Shown in pieces: positions 49,881 to 63,636 of a stretch of DNA of 64,000 bases; position 1 is the stretch's first letter; each line of letters begins with the position of its first letter. The notes under the pieces were generated by a model. It had not been told where the DNA came from. It saw nothing but the letters and a program-made list of their open reading frames with translations, and made no database searches. Both the position numbers and the translations under genes were made by a program. The DNA comes from Eledone cirrhosa (taxonomy: Eukaryota), in the NCBI GenBank assembly GCA_964016885.1, contig OZ024750.1, positions 31,434,001 through 31,498,000 of the forward strand. Reading direction: 5' to 3'.

Positions 49881-51129
49881 ATTCTAAGTAATTTACCTCA
49901 TCATGTATGTACAATCGCGCATTCGTTGGTGCAAACTGTAATGGGAGGGCTGCACGAAATACTTTGCTGTTGTTCATTTCAACGTGACTCCGTGAGTTTT
50001 ATTAAGTTAGCATATATTTTCATGTCATCCATATAGGGCAAGTAGTATATTTTTACATTCTTTGAAAATGTGTGTATTAAGTAACCTATATGTTAATTAT
50101 CGTCTTTGGAATTATATGACTGTTGTCCATTTTCTTTTGTCATGATGTGTTACGATGGGGATTGCTTTTAAATATAGAGTGTCTTCAATAACTAAGAATG
50201 TGATATGCTATCAATTGCTTTTCATTAATGAATCCGTGCCATGCTAATGCTTGAGTTTCTCTCTTCGCTGACATCTGTAACAGCTCGGTTAAACAGTGGC
50301 TGATTTTTAAAACATAAATTATTTGCTACACAATTAATATGTTATAGCTCTGTCTACAGAAAACCATAATGCTGTCGACGAAGATGTTTTTATTTAATTG
50401 TCGTCGATCATTGTTTTGAGTGTAATCGGTTGTTTTGCTATATTTTCAGTGTGTATTATAATTTTGTAGATTTCAGATATGTGGTCAGATTTATATTTCT
50501 TAATCATATTACATTTCACTCAACCAATTCATACGCTTCTGTTGTATTGCGTGTCTATGTTTGAATTAATATTGATAAGAAATATTAATGTACCACTTCA
50601 ATGCAGTGTTCATTACACTAACGTTCCCTGAAATGTTATTTATATGTTAGAAGAAACTCTTGCGAGACAAAGTGAGACTATTAAGAAGACGCCACTTGTG
50701 AAACACGTGTTAGATTATATTTCCTCTTAAGCACGTATCCAACTCAGCTTCAACTCTTATTATATATCCTGGCACGTCCAGTCATGTTTGTATTGTTGTT
50801 TGATTTATCAATTCACTAGATCGATATTTGAAATTATAATGACTTTATTTTAAGTTCATTTCAGTTTGTTTGCATTGTTTTCTTTGTCCTAAATGTTCAC
50901 GTGTTTCTTATTTCTCTCCTTGTTACTGAAACAATATATATTTTCTCTGTGATAATTACATCTAAGACACAAAGTAAATATCAGTTCTAATTACTACAAT
51001 TGCTTCGTTTCCTTTTGTTTGTATAAAAAAAATTGTTTCACAAGCTTTGCCCTCAATTCTCAATTGTTTCATATTTTACTGAGTGTTGTGTAATATTTAA
51101 ACAATATATTATTTCAATTATAATGATGT

Positions 51130-51620
51130 CGAATTTAGGCATCTGCCGGCCACTTTCTTTTAGTGGGTAGGGGAAAACTCCAAGAAATCGACACCCGAAC
51201 AAGACCAGTACTATATTTGATCGACCCTGGGATTTTGAAAGGCAAGGTTGATCTCGATGGAACTTGAACTCTGAACGTAAATAGTCCGAACAAGGAGTGC
51301 TGAGCATTTGGCTGACAATCTGACGATTTTGACAATCCACTGCTCTATTTCAGTAATGATCAAACATAAGACACACCATCGCTATCTTAATTCCACTGTG
51401 AAACTTAGTTGTCAAATTGGCAACATCGTTAGAACGTCAAATAGAATGCTTTGAGGTATTCGTTCTGACTGTCTGGTCTCTGAGTTCAAATCCCGCCGAG
51501 GTCAACTTTTCATCTTTTCGATGTTGATAAAATAAAGTATCAGTAACGCACTGGGTTCGGTTTAATCGACTGTCCCCACCCTCAGAATTGTTGGCCTTGT
51601 GCCAAAATCAGAAACGATTA
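51130..51620. mobile_element. Two old Nin SINEs head-to-head (- 51130-51345; + 51410-51620)
   Basis: Diverged consensus motifs. Confidence 0.75.
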
Positions 51621-51992
51621 TTGGTTATATTTTAGTTATGTGTCCACGTTCATTGTGTTATACAGCCGAGGTGAATTCTTCTCCGCTTATAACCCTTATC
51701 ATTCTTCCTTTCTCCAAACCATTCTTCTTCTTTTGAAGTTTTGTTTTTAAACTGGTTTAGAATATTTTTCTGCAAACTTCTCTCTTGTTTTCTGACTAAA
51801 TCTACCGTGTTCGTATATACCCAGCTGTCCTCTATCTTGCGGACTAAATAAGTGATTAATTTGTAATTTGATGAAAGAGACTATGGCGGATACAGAAAAA
51901 GTTATCTGCCGTAAAGAACAACAGGCTTATCATAGACTGGAACAGCCAAAATTCAACAAGTTCAAACACAGCAGAAAACAACAACAATCACC

Positions 51993-52510
51993 GGCAGTAT
52001 CGGTAGAGGGTCGGATGCCATGCTTTCCAACATAGTTACGTCCCTTTACGATCTGAGTTCAAATCCCGCCGAGGTTGACTTTGCCTTTCATCCTTACGGG
52101 GTCGATAAAATAAAGTACCAGCAATGAACTGGGTATTTGCTGGCCTTGTGCCTAAAGTGGAAACAATTATTAATAATACTATTACTACTAAAACTACTAC
52201 TACTACTACTACTGATGATGATGGTGATTGCAGGCCATCTCTCTCAAGGCTGCTCTCCGATCTTTCTGGGCCTCCGTGGGTTTTTTGTGACTAGTATTTT
52301 TTCTTTTTCTTTTTTCCTCTTCTTTGGTCTCCTCGTGAATACAACTCAGCGAAAGAATGTGAGCCGTTATGAAGGTATAGACCTGAATAATTGTTTCTAC
52401 TTTTGGCACAAGGCCAACAAATACCACCACTGCATTACTGGTGCTATAATTTAACGACCCCGTAAGGATGAAAGGCAAAGCTAACCTCGGCGGTTGTTGA
52501 ACTCAGAACG
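51993..52510. mobile_element. Nin SINE + (51993-52168) and truncated Nin SINE - (52387-52510)
   Basis: Consensus matches. Confidence 0.85.
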
Positions 52511-52690
52511 TAATATGGGTGTCATGTGACAGTCGAGTATATCTTATCTTATGAGAAATATTAAGGGGAAAACGTGGAGGGCAGGGGAGAGAGAGAGAGA
52601 AAGACAGAGGCAATGCTAGAGGTGGAGTGTAAGAGAGAAATATAGAGAGAAGAAAGAAGAAGGATGATGAGATTTTATCTCTGCACTCAT

Positions 52691-52744
<54 letters not shown>

Positions 52745-52859
52745 CGTGAAACTAATATTAACATTTTGTATTGCCTCTTGTTTTTTGTTTACTGTTTCAA
52801 CTATAATATATCTATCTATCTATCTATCTATCTCTCTATATATGTATATATATATATAT

Positions 52860-53084
52860 AAGCATGTAAAATATACAGAAGCGAAAACCAATCCATACCA
52901 AACAGTGAGCGTGTTTTGTCATTATTCCTGGCAATATTATAACAATATGACCCTCCCCAAATATAACAATATGACCCTCCCCAAATATAACAATATGACC
53001 CTCCTCAAATATAACAATATGACCCTCCTCAAATATAACAATATGACCCTCCTCAAATATAACAATATGACCCTCCTCAAATAT

Positions 53085-53092
<8 letters not shown>
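52860..53092 (+). repeat. Family E terminus ending in six tandem 24-bp repeats gaccctcc(c/t)caaatataacaatat (52949-53092)
   Basis: Directly visible; the unit is single-copy in the other family E ends. Confidence 0.92.
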
Positions 53093-53141
<49 letters not shown>

Positions 53142-54120
53142 CACCCACACAAACACACACAGGAACACACATATTTACACATACACGTACATATATATAT
53201 ATATACATTTACACATACACACACGCACACACACAATTATTTATAAAGATATATGCACACATCTATATGTTTCAAGCGATTTTAAATAAATAAACAAGGA
53301 TTACCGATTTTATATACATAAATTTATTTTTCCTTTTCTTTTCTTTATCTCGTAGTAGATACTATGATTTGAATATTAAATGAATAAATAATTAAATAAA
53401 TAAATAGTATAAATAAGGATTACCAATTTTGAATAAACAAAGAAACAAAGAAAATATAGATTATCTGCTTCGACCTTTCAAAACATTGAAAATAATGTAT
53501 TTTATTCATTTTTTTACTACGCAGTAAAAACGTTAGTATGTTTTTTACGACTATGTTTCGAAATTAAATAATGAATAAATACATATCTAAAGAAATAAGG
53601 GTTGCCGATTTTAAGTAATTAGATAAAGATTTACTATTTTAAGCGCTAAAAATACTGCAAATAACGTTAAAAAAACAATGTTTACTTTGTAGTTAGTAAA
53701 CACTGCCACGTTAGTTCAGACTGTAAGTCGAATAATTAAAAGAGCTTACTTTGTTGGTGAATCGGAATTTCATCATATTCACGTAGGAAAAAAAAAATAT
53801 TTGTGACATACAATATCAAGATGCGAGAAATATACGAGAACCATCAAAATATGCAGATCCCTCTTTTCAAATTAGGCCTTACAAACATTAATAGTTATAT
53901 ACTTTCCTTTCATCGTAGTTTTAACTAGGTTTTTAACAACGGAATTAGAGTTTTAAAGAGGTTTCTTACGATCACCGAAAAAATACGCGTCCAACATGTG
54001 GTACCATACATATGTGCATGTGTATATATATATAAGGGAAAACAAGAAAAAAAAGTAAAAAATGCTAATAGGATTTTCTGATAGAATGACAGAAAAACAT
54101 GAAAAAAAAAAAAAGAAATT

Positions 54121-54167
54121 TATAGTACCGGTTTCAGTCGATAAAAATTTCGACTTTTCATGCTACA
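54121..54167 (-). ncRNA. Hammerhead-like fold with aberrant core CAUGAAA
   Basis: UGUAG CAUGAAA AGUCGA..UCGACU GAAA CCGG UA CUAUA. Confidence 0.55.
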
Positions 54168-54272
54168 AGAAATATGATAAAATGCATATAATAATGTTAA
54201 GGTATATATTAATTATAAGACGATATTAGAGAAGATAGTTTACATATACCGTATATAAAAATTCACATTTTC

Positions 54273-54333
<61 letters not shown>

Positions 54334-54578
54334 CCTCTTCCTTGGTGGTATAGTGGTAGTAGCAGCTTAAATAGCATTTGAGCTGTCCTCTGTTACAGCC
54401 TGACTGACTGTTGACTTCGATGGCAGTAGTAGTAGTAGAGAGAGAAGAAGGAAAAGAAGAAGAAGAATGTTTTTTTGTTATTCTCTGAGAAAATCATATT
54501 AGCAATTTTTCTCCTTTTTTCTTATTTCCCTAATATATATATATACCGCCAGACGAAATTCCAATATATATCTGTATA

Positions 54579-55278
<700 letters not shown>

Positions 55279-56221
55279 ATGTGAGTAAAATACCAATTAC
55301 TAATTTATGTACAGCTGTTTCAGTGTCTAAGAGAAATTCTGCCAATATTGCATAATAGGCATCGTAAAGACAGTATGGTATTACTGCTTCTAAAAATGTA
55401 TTTATTTAATCTTAAATTGGTAGGAAAGGTTTAAGTTTCTAACGCGGTATATCTTTAGCACTCTTGGTGATCTGCGTATTTGTCAGACAATATTATAAAT
55501 ATTTTTATGTATTAATTAAAATATTATGTGTGTGTGTGTATGTGTATGTATACATGTATATTTTATGTGTGTGTATCTTTGTGTGTGCGTCACTATTTGC
55601 TCAGATACGTAATGAACGTTGTCTATCAACATTTTAAATAAAGTTATATAGATAAATATCTACTTATATTATCATGATACGACTTCTCTCATTTCTGTTG
55701 GAGGAATGAGTATATAACGAGAATTCTAATCATGATTGATACCATAAACTGTTCATAAGTGAGATTAAATCAAACAAATAAATTTGTTTTCTTCAGTGTT
55801 GTTGATTGCTTTTATAATTCACCTATTAAGAATAGAAAAAAAACGTACAATCGAAGCTCCAGGCAAGTGATTCTATGACCCATTTCTGTGTAAATGTTTC
55901 ATGGACGTCGATTTATTTAACGATGACATGAAAATAACACGAATAATATTTGAAATTATATAAATTTATAAATTGGAGGCTTTTGGCAAAATAATCATTA
56001 GCCATTCGACCAATTTTCAGCTTCTTATTAAAACGTTCAATAATTATAATCTTCAACTAGCTTCCCATCCTCACCCACACCTAATGAAAATTCGATTTTC
56101 TTCAAGTTTAAATTTACATATCCGACTAATTAAGACACTCAAAGTAGACAATGATTTTAATACAAAAAAATGTCTTTTAACTTCAGATTCAAATTAATTA
56201 CTTTAGATATCAAAATAAAAA

Positions 56222-56253
56222 ATACAAGTGATATATTTTATGTGTTTTATTGG

Positions 56254-56285
<32 letters not shown>

Positions 56286-56318
56286 CCAATAAAACACATA
56301 AAATATATCACTTGTATA

Positions 56319-56375
<57 letters not shown>
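56222..56375. repeat. Perfect inverted duplication centred on (TA)n, followed by a second short one
   Basis: 56222-56254 vs 56285-56317; attctg-(TA)n-cagaat. Confidence 0.9.
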
Positions 56376-57559
56376 TTGTTAGACAACGAGTTTACGAGTT
56401 TACGTAGTCAATAGAAGTGATGTTATAGCTACGATGTGGAATTCAGTTTGTTTCTGGTTGCTCATCAACTGGCGACTAGCAAAGTTACCTGCTATGCCTT
56501 TGCAGTAATCAACTAAAAGTATAAACTTCCAATACTTCTCTTCTTGACAATATATAGTTTTGTCTAATAGGGATCTCCCACACAATAGAAGGACACCACA
56601 CCACCTCAACCCACCACCCTGGCTCGCATCACTGGTGTTTCGATGTTGAGTTGTGCTGTTTCTTGTGAGACACATTACACTGTGTCACTTTGCCTAATCG
56701 TTAGATAAGATTTAAACAATAGTTTCTAATTTAGACACAAGGCCAGCAATATTAATGTGAGAGGAAAATCTATTAAATCGAAACTATTGGTTCACTGCAT
56801 CTAGACGGTGTTGCCACACTTTGTCCACAGTTGCTTATACGACTGGTGCATCATCATATATAGCAAATGTCCTATATGTCAACAGTACATTCATCAATCA
56901 GCCCTAGGGGAGCTCTGGAAATAGAGTCAAATATTAAAAGCTAATACAAACATTATCCTGAAACATGGCTATTGATTTCTTTTTTAAATTGTTAGACAAT
57001 AAAACGATTATTGGGGAGATGAAGCAATTGCTTAGTAAAGAAAACAAGTCAACATAGTGGTCCCGAATAAGTTTACTCACAATGGGAAGAAGGACAATTG
57101 CCGGATATCTTTTCATTGAATAAATGCATCCTATTTTTCCCTTCGTAGCTTGTGTAATATTCGAAACTTCTTAAATAGTTTGATAGTTTTTGTTTCCGAT
57201 AGCATGACGAAGTGAGACTTGGTTGTATTGTTGTTTTGGGATACGTGTATGTGGCTAGCAGCTGACAACAGTCATCTCCAATTGTTTCAGCTTCAGTGTT
57301 ATTACGACGATGTTATCTAATGCAATAAAGTGAAATCGTTTAAAGAAAATGAAAACACAAAACAAGCATTTATAAGAACTTGATATAGATATAACATTAA
57401 TACATAATACAATCCCTATATATTAGGTGTACTTCTTTCCATGCCATACCTGTGCGACGTTAGGAAATAAATAAGGAGAGGACACCAATGCTTGTGTTCT
57501 GACTTATAAATTACAAAGAAAAAAATTGGAAAAAAAAAAAAATTGTCGTATATTCTATT

Positions 57560-57710
57560 GCGGTGAATTAGCAGAGTCGCTAGTGAGAGGGTTAGAGAGC
57601 TACATGGTACTTGCACTGGCTCTCTGTGTTTAAATCCCGCGGATGTCAACTTTGCCTTTCATCGTTTCGGTGTCGATATAGAAGTACTAGTCAAGTACTG
57701 GTGTCAATTC
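57560..57710 (+). mobile_element. Old Nin SINE
   Basis: gcggtgaattagcagagtcg..gtcaactttgcctttcatc. Confidence 0.7.
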
Positions 57711-57905
57711 TACCTCTATATCTCTTTCTTACTTCTATGTTACTTTCGATCCTTTTCTGGTGGAAGAAATCTCCTCTACTCGGTCCTGGAGAAGGATGGG
57801 CTCCGCCAGGCTTAACATTCCGAAGAAAAGTCGTATTCACTGCAATGCCCCTATGACCCCATCAGGGGTTACCTGACATCACCATATTATATTCCTTTAT
57901 AAGTA

Positions 57906-58062
57906 GCGTCGGTGACGTAACGATTAGCATGGTTGCCTTCGAAACAGTCGATCCAGGTTCGACTCTCGGCTGACATACGCGTTAAGCATTTTTTAAATGG
58001 TAGTGCTCCAGCATGGTCTCAGCCAGTCGGCTGGAACACTCGAAAGAGTAAAAGAGTAAATA
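57906..58062 (+). pseudogene. tRNA-Gly(TCC)-derived pseudogene or SINE with a LINE-like 3' tail
   Basis: gcgtcggtgacgtaacgattagcatggttgccttcgaaacagtcgatccaggttcgactctcggctgacata follows tRNA-Gly with broken stems; tail gtgctccagcatgg..aagagtaa also at 62738-62792. Confidence 0.75.
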
Positions 58063-58868
58063 GATTCCGTTGAGAGAATGGTTATATTGAACCATTAACC
58101 AATTATATCATATAAATTTCATTTCATTTCATGTCTAATTTCTCTTTATGCTATACGTGTACTTTCCCAAAAGATAAAATATTGAATTACTTGAAGCACT
58201 TTAATATTTGTTTACATCATTACAACAAATATATAAATAATATAAAATAAAAATGTAAAATTAATTATAATTAACAATTTGCGATTATATGAATGCTAGA
58301 ATATTTAATATAAAATTTTTTTTACTCTAAGCGATAATTGGATAATATTAATATTACTTTGCTAAATATTAATGCCTATTTCATTGGAACTTTTAAAACA
58401 ATATTTTACAGAGCTGTTAAACTATTTAACCCGCAGCATCATCATGTTTTAATGGGTATTTGTTTAATGTACAACCTTCAACATTATTGCATTTAAAAGA
58501 ATGAATAGTGTTTAAGCACATATATATTATTCTCAATCCATTGCATTGATAAATAACTAGAGGAGTGCTTTAGAGTATAATTCGAGAAAACACATAGCAA
58601 CGTATTAGGATTATTGAGACGACGTATTCATTTACAATTATTTGCCTTCAGATAATTTGATTGATATTCCAGTGAATAGATAACACTAGTATCAATACAT
58701 GAAATGGTTTGACAGAACATTTCCGAAAAGTTCATTTTCATACGCATATTCGTATATTTTAAAACAGTGGGCTAATTTTGATTAAAGAAAAAATGTTTAA
58801 AGTATTTTAAAAGATTTTGGTCTTTATAATTATTACTACTATTATTACTATATTTATATTTCTCTCTC

Positions 58869-58977
<109 letters not shown>

Positions 58978-59509
58978 ACAGGATAACAAATTATTGTTAT
59001 AGGTAGTCCACTTAGATGTAGTCCAGTTAGGGTACTCTGAGTAGTGGATAATACTAATGCTTAGCTAAGTTTGACTCAACAAGACGTTTCCATAGTGATG
59101 CTGCGAGTACGCTACATCTAATATAGACCACTTAAATAAGGAATCCACTTTACACCACATAAAAATTACCATCCTCACTACAATGAAAATATTTTATCTG
59201 TCAGATAATAAATAAAACTTATGGTCAGCAAACCTACAGTAAAGTATTTGAGTATTGTTATTTTTGTCCTGATTTAATGCCACTAATATATATAGAAGCC
59301 ATGCCTGTGTATATCCTTCATTCTCGCATGCTCCGATGAATAGACTAGTTATAGCAAAATATTGGTGTTCGATTGACGCAAAAGCAGGCGGGTAGCGATC
59401 TCTGGACCTACCAGTTCAGAGAAACAATTGTCAGCAATGTGAAAAAAGCCCTTATTGTATAGCAAACCATGTCACTCTTCTTTCTTGATTTATTATATAT
59501 ATATATATA

Positions 59510-60065
59510 ATGTATTACAGTGAACTGCGGAATACGCTTAATTCCGATCTTTGTATACTTAACGAGCTCCAGATTGTTGAGCTAATAAATTCGAATGAGA
59601 GCCGTTATTTGATGCAAATAACACGTGATTTCGCCCTACTCTGGGCAGCGTGTGTATTAGCCTTCTCTCTATCCATGAGGTTAGATGTGTCGTGAATAGT
59701 GTTCGCATTTGCTGACTGAGGATCCTGTGACATGTTATACTTCACATATTAGTGGTGAAACGAAGCGAGATTCGTATCAGCAAACCTATAGTTATAAGGT
59801 TGGTAATTTAAAACTCTAACTCAGAGATTTGATTCTGACTTAGGTTTTTTTTCTATCTAATTGCTAAACCTGTAGATATTGTTCTCTATACAGTAACGGT
59901 AAAAATCACATGTAATAATTCTTTACACACATCTCACTGTGTAACACACTTCTCTTTGTGTATTATATTTGCATTTGAGCTCACAAGGAAATGCTCTATT
60001 CTTCTTCGAGCTAATACTATTATTATTATTACAGTGAACTGCGGAATACTCTTAATTCCGATCTT

Positions 60066-60071
<6 letters not shown>
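59510..60071 (+). mobile_element. Retrozyme-like 514-nt unit with 45-nt terminal redundancy, between (TA)n tracts
   Basis: tattacagtgaactgcggaatac.cttaattccgatctttgtata at 59513 and 60027. Confidence 0.85.
59708..59784 (+). ncRNA. Complete type I hammerhead
   Basis: UUUGCUGA CUGAGGA U CC...GG U GAAA CGAA-gcgaga-UUCG UA UCAGCAAA; 8-bp stem I; predicted GUA cleavage after 59776. Confidence 0.88.
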
Positions 60072-60121
<50 letters not shown>

Positions 60122-60215
60122 TATATCATATATATCATATATCTATATACATATATATATATATATATACGATACTTTTGGCTGTATACATTAATATTAT
60201 GAGAAATTACAAATA

Positions 60216-60259
<44 letters not shown>

Positions 60260-60263
<4 letters not shown>

Positions 60264-61375
60264 ATAATAATACATTGGAAAACAAAAATCCAAAGAGGGT
60301 TCGATAAGGATAAATATATATCAACTATATGAGAACCGTATATAAGAGCAAATATTTATTAAAATAACAGATTAAAGTTTAAGTGGAGAATCGCTGCTTC
60401 CACCCTTAACGTGATCTTCTGAAACTAAAAAAAAATCAATCTGTGAACGCAGAAGTAAATATTTCGAAAAACTTTGCAACCGAAGGAAGACAGGAAGACG
60501 ATACTTTGGTTCGTGGAAACGTTGCCTGGCAAAGAACGAAAAAAAAAATGTCTTACTCTACGACTTCTAACCTTGCACATAACATCACTGCTTCAAATAT
60601 AGCTAAATTACCTAGTCGTAAGAACACGTGCAACCCTGTAGCTAGTACTAACTGTAATTTTTTGGAATCGTGTTGACTGCCCCCTATCCGGGAAATGCCT
60701 CTCTAGTAAAATTGTCTACAAATGTAAGGTTCAGACACCCACGTCCTGTAGGGCCTATATAGGGTTAACTGCCAATAGATTCAAGCAGTGTCTTTACATG
60801 AATACCCATTCTTTTCTTAACCCTTTAAGAAGGAATATGACGTCAATTACCACTTCTTAAACAAAAAATCTGAGGCAATTTCGGCTTCTAAACATAAATT
60901 GCACAAAACTTACCTGTATTACAGCTCCACTTTATACCCTAACGGATAGTACGAATTATACGCGGATGATTTACGTCTTGATGTGGTAGCTAAGTATATT
61001 TTATGCTTATATCATTACTTATTTGTATAGGTAAGTATATATTAGCTGTATGTTTTGTGAAGGTACGTATACTTCCTCGTACGTATATTTGGTTGTATTT
61101 GTTATAGGGGTATATATTATATTATATATACTGGTACATGTGTATATGGTTATGTGTATACGTGAGTTTTGCGTTTGTGTGTGTATGCCCGTTTGCACGT
61201 ATGTAGGGTGCGTGTATATGTGTACTTTGTATTTTGGTTGACGTACGTTTAGCGAACATATGTGTATTTACATGTGGGTGTGTGTGTACGCACGTAATAT
61301 ACGTATTTATGTGTGTATATTTGTACACGTTTATATAATTATATGTATACGCGCGCACAGACACACACACATGTA

Positions 61376-61407
<32 letters not shown>

Positions 61408-62062
61408 TATATGTTTTATGTGTATTTAGTGTATACGTTCGTATGTGTGCGGGTACAGGCGTTGCGTGGGTTTTTGTATGTGTGCGCATGGTTTTGTGTA
61501 CGTGCCTCTATTTGCATATCCATGGCGGGTGTTTCCGCGTATGCATCTGTATGTACGTATATGGATGCCTGCATCTATATATTTAATTATTGTTGATTTC
61601 AATAACCTCTGTAATTTATTTGCATTAGTCTTAACTCTGAAACCGAGAATCATTCGGTTTCCTAAATATAATTTTAGTGTACGAATTCAGTTATACCATA
61701 AACGTGGTTTTGTCTTTGCGTGTAATTGTTCTCACCTCTCCACATAATGTCGTATTATCTTCGTTTTTTTCGTTTTTTGCCAGGGAACGTCTCCACGAAC
61801 CACCTAATAGAATATTAGTCTACGACTTCATTTATACGATGGTATTCTCTTTGCGTGTAATTGTTTTCAATGCTCCAAATAATGACGCATTATATTCGTT
61901 TTTTTTCTTTCTTTGCCAGGGAACGTTTCCACGAACCAAAGTATCATCTTCCTGTCTTCCTTCGGTCGCAACGTTTTTCTGCGTTCGCAGATTGATTTTT
62001 TTAGTTTCAGAAGATCCCGTTAAGCAGGATTCTTTGCTTAAACTTTAATCTGTTATTTTAAT
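60260..62062 (+). mobile_element. 5'-truncated Hydra-clade-like PLE of family A with an inverted pLTR at the 5' end
   Basis: 60260-60545 is an inverted copy of the 3' end plus tail; internal ~130-bp tandem duplication; (TA)n on both sides. Confidence 0.8.
60548..60870 (+). pseudogene. Decayed GIY-YIG endonuclease of that PLE
   Basis: SYSTTSNLAHNITASN..NCN / frameshift / CPLSGKCLSSKIVYKCKV..AYIGLTANRFKQ..HSF. Confidence 0.8.
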
Positions 62063-62789
62063 ATATATATATATATATATCATATTTATAATTTCTTATA
62101 ATAATAATGTATACAGCTATAAGAAATCATAAACTCTTGGTGAGTCGCAAATTCAAGTAAGATCCAACGCAGATTGAAACAAAACGTATGAGATTTATGG
62201 ATACAAGTAGATCGATGGGCATATAGCTCTCGAGAATTTCTAAACACCACAAATCTCATAGCTCCATCTACACTCGATGATCTCTAAACTCGTGATATCT
62301 TCTGTTGTTTACTTTTTTAGATACTAAAATAACAACCTGCAATGTATACCAATTGTGATGTCTTCTCTTTCAATATATTTTTCTACTAAAATTAATAAAT
62401 GAGAGTTTAAAAAATAATTTATTTATGGATTCACGTCATGTCGTAGCCGTAATGTAATGTAAGTGGATCTGTGATGATAGGCAGATCAATAGAATTGGAT
62501 TTAGTAATAATGAAATATATATATATATATATACATTTAATATAGACCTTAATTGTTTTAGAAATAACGAAAGAAAAGAAATATATTCAATATTGTTATT
62601 CAGTGCTTGTTCATGTATATTCACATATTTATAAATAGAGGAAATTGTTTTTTTGTAATATATCTAAATGGTGGCGTAGAAAACAATTACTTTTAATCGT
62701 ATTCAGAATTGCTTTTCACATTTCACTTACATATATAAGGGCGGTGCCCCAGCATGGCCTCAGCCGGATGGCTGAAACAGGTAAAAGAG

Positions 62790-62819
<30 letters not shown>

Positions 62820-62822
<3 letters not shown>

Positions 62823-62905
62823 AACCGTAGAGCAAATATTTATTAAATAACTGATTAAAGTTTAAGCAAAGAATCGCTGCTTTCACCCTTAACAGGATCT
62901 TCTGA

Positions 62906-62957
<52 letters not shown>

Positions 62958-63540
62958 TTAGAAGAATATATATATATTTATTAAAATACCAGATTAAAGT
63001 TTAAGCAAAGAATCGCTATTTCACCCTTAACGGGATCTTCGGAAACTAACAAAGTCAATCTGTAAACGCAGAGTGAATAATTAAAAAAACGTTGCAACCG
63101 GAGGAAGACAGGAAGACGATACTTTGGTTCGTGGAAACGTTCCCTGGAAAAGAACGGGAAAAAACGAATATAATACGTCATTATTTGGAGCGGTGAAAAA
63201 TAATTACACGCAAAGACAAAACCACGTTTATGGTATAAAAGAAGTTGTAGACTAATGTTCTCTTAGGTGGTTCATAGAGACGTTCTCTGGCAATGAACGG
63301 AAAAAACGAAGATAATACGTCATATGTGGGGCATGGAGAACAATTGTACGCAAAGACAAAACCACGTAAATGGTATAACTGAAGTCGTAGACTAAAATTC
63401 TAACTAGGAAACCGAATGATTCTCCGCTTCAGAGTTAAGAATAAAGTAAATAAAATACAGGGGTAATTGAAATTAAATAAATACATACACGCAACCAAAT
63501 ACGTACATACACAAGCATACGCGGAAACACTCGCCATAGG
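62820..63540 (-). mobile_element. Two further family A 3' ends (62820-62910; 62975-63540) separated by (TA)n
   Basis: Homologous to 61520-62062. Confidence 0.85.
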
Positions 63541-63596
63541 TATACTATATATATATATATAGAGAGAAGTGGTTACACAACAGTTAGTTCACCATA

Positions 63597-63636
63597 CCGA
63601 GAACAATTGTTTCATCTTAGCGGATCTTCAGCTCGG
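63597..63636 (-). ncRNA. Type I hammerhead in a fold-back unit (63560-63935)
   Basis: CCGAG CUGAAGA uccgcuaagau GAAA CAAUUG UU CUCGG; weak stem II; 22-bp IR at 63565-63586 / 63848-63869. Confidence 0.75.

Noticed and set aside
52949-53092. CRISPR-like or coding repeat (NNMTLLKY)
   Set aside because: A pure tandem of an element terminus, with no spacers.
57906-57977. Functional tRNA-Arg(TCG) or tRNA-Gly gene
   Set aside because: Mismatches in the D, anticodon and T stems, and it is followed by a retroposon tail.
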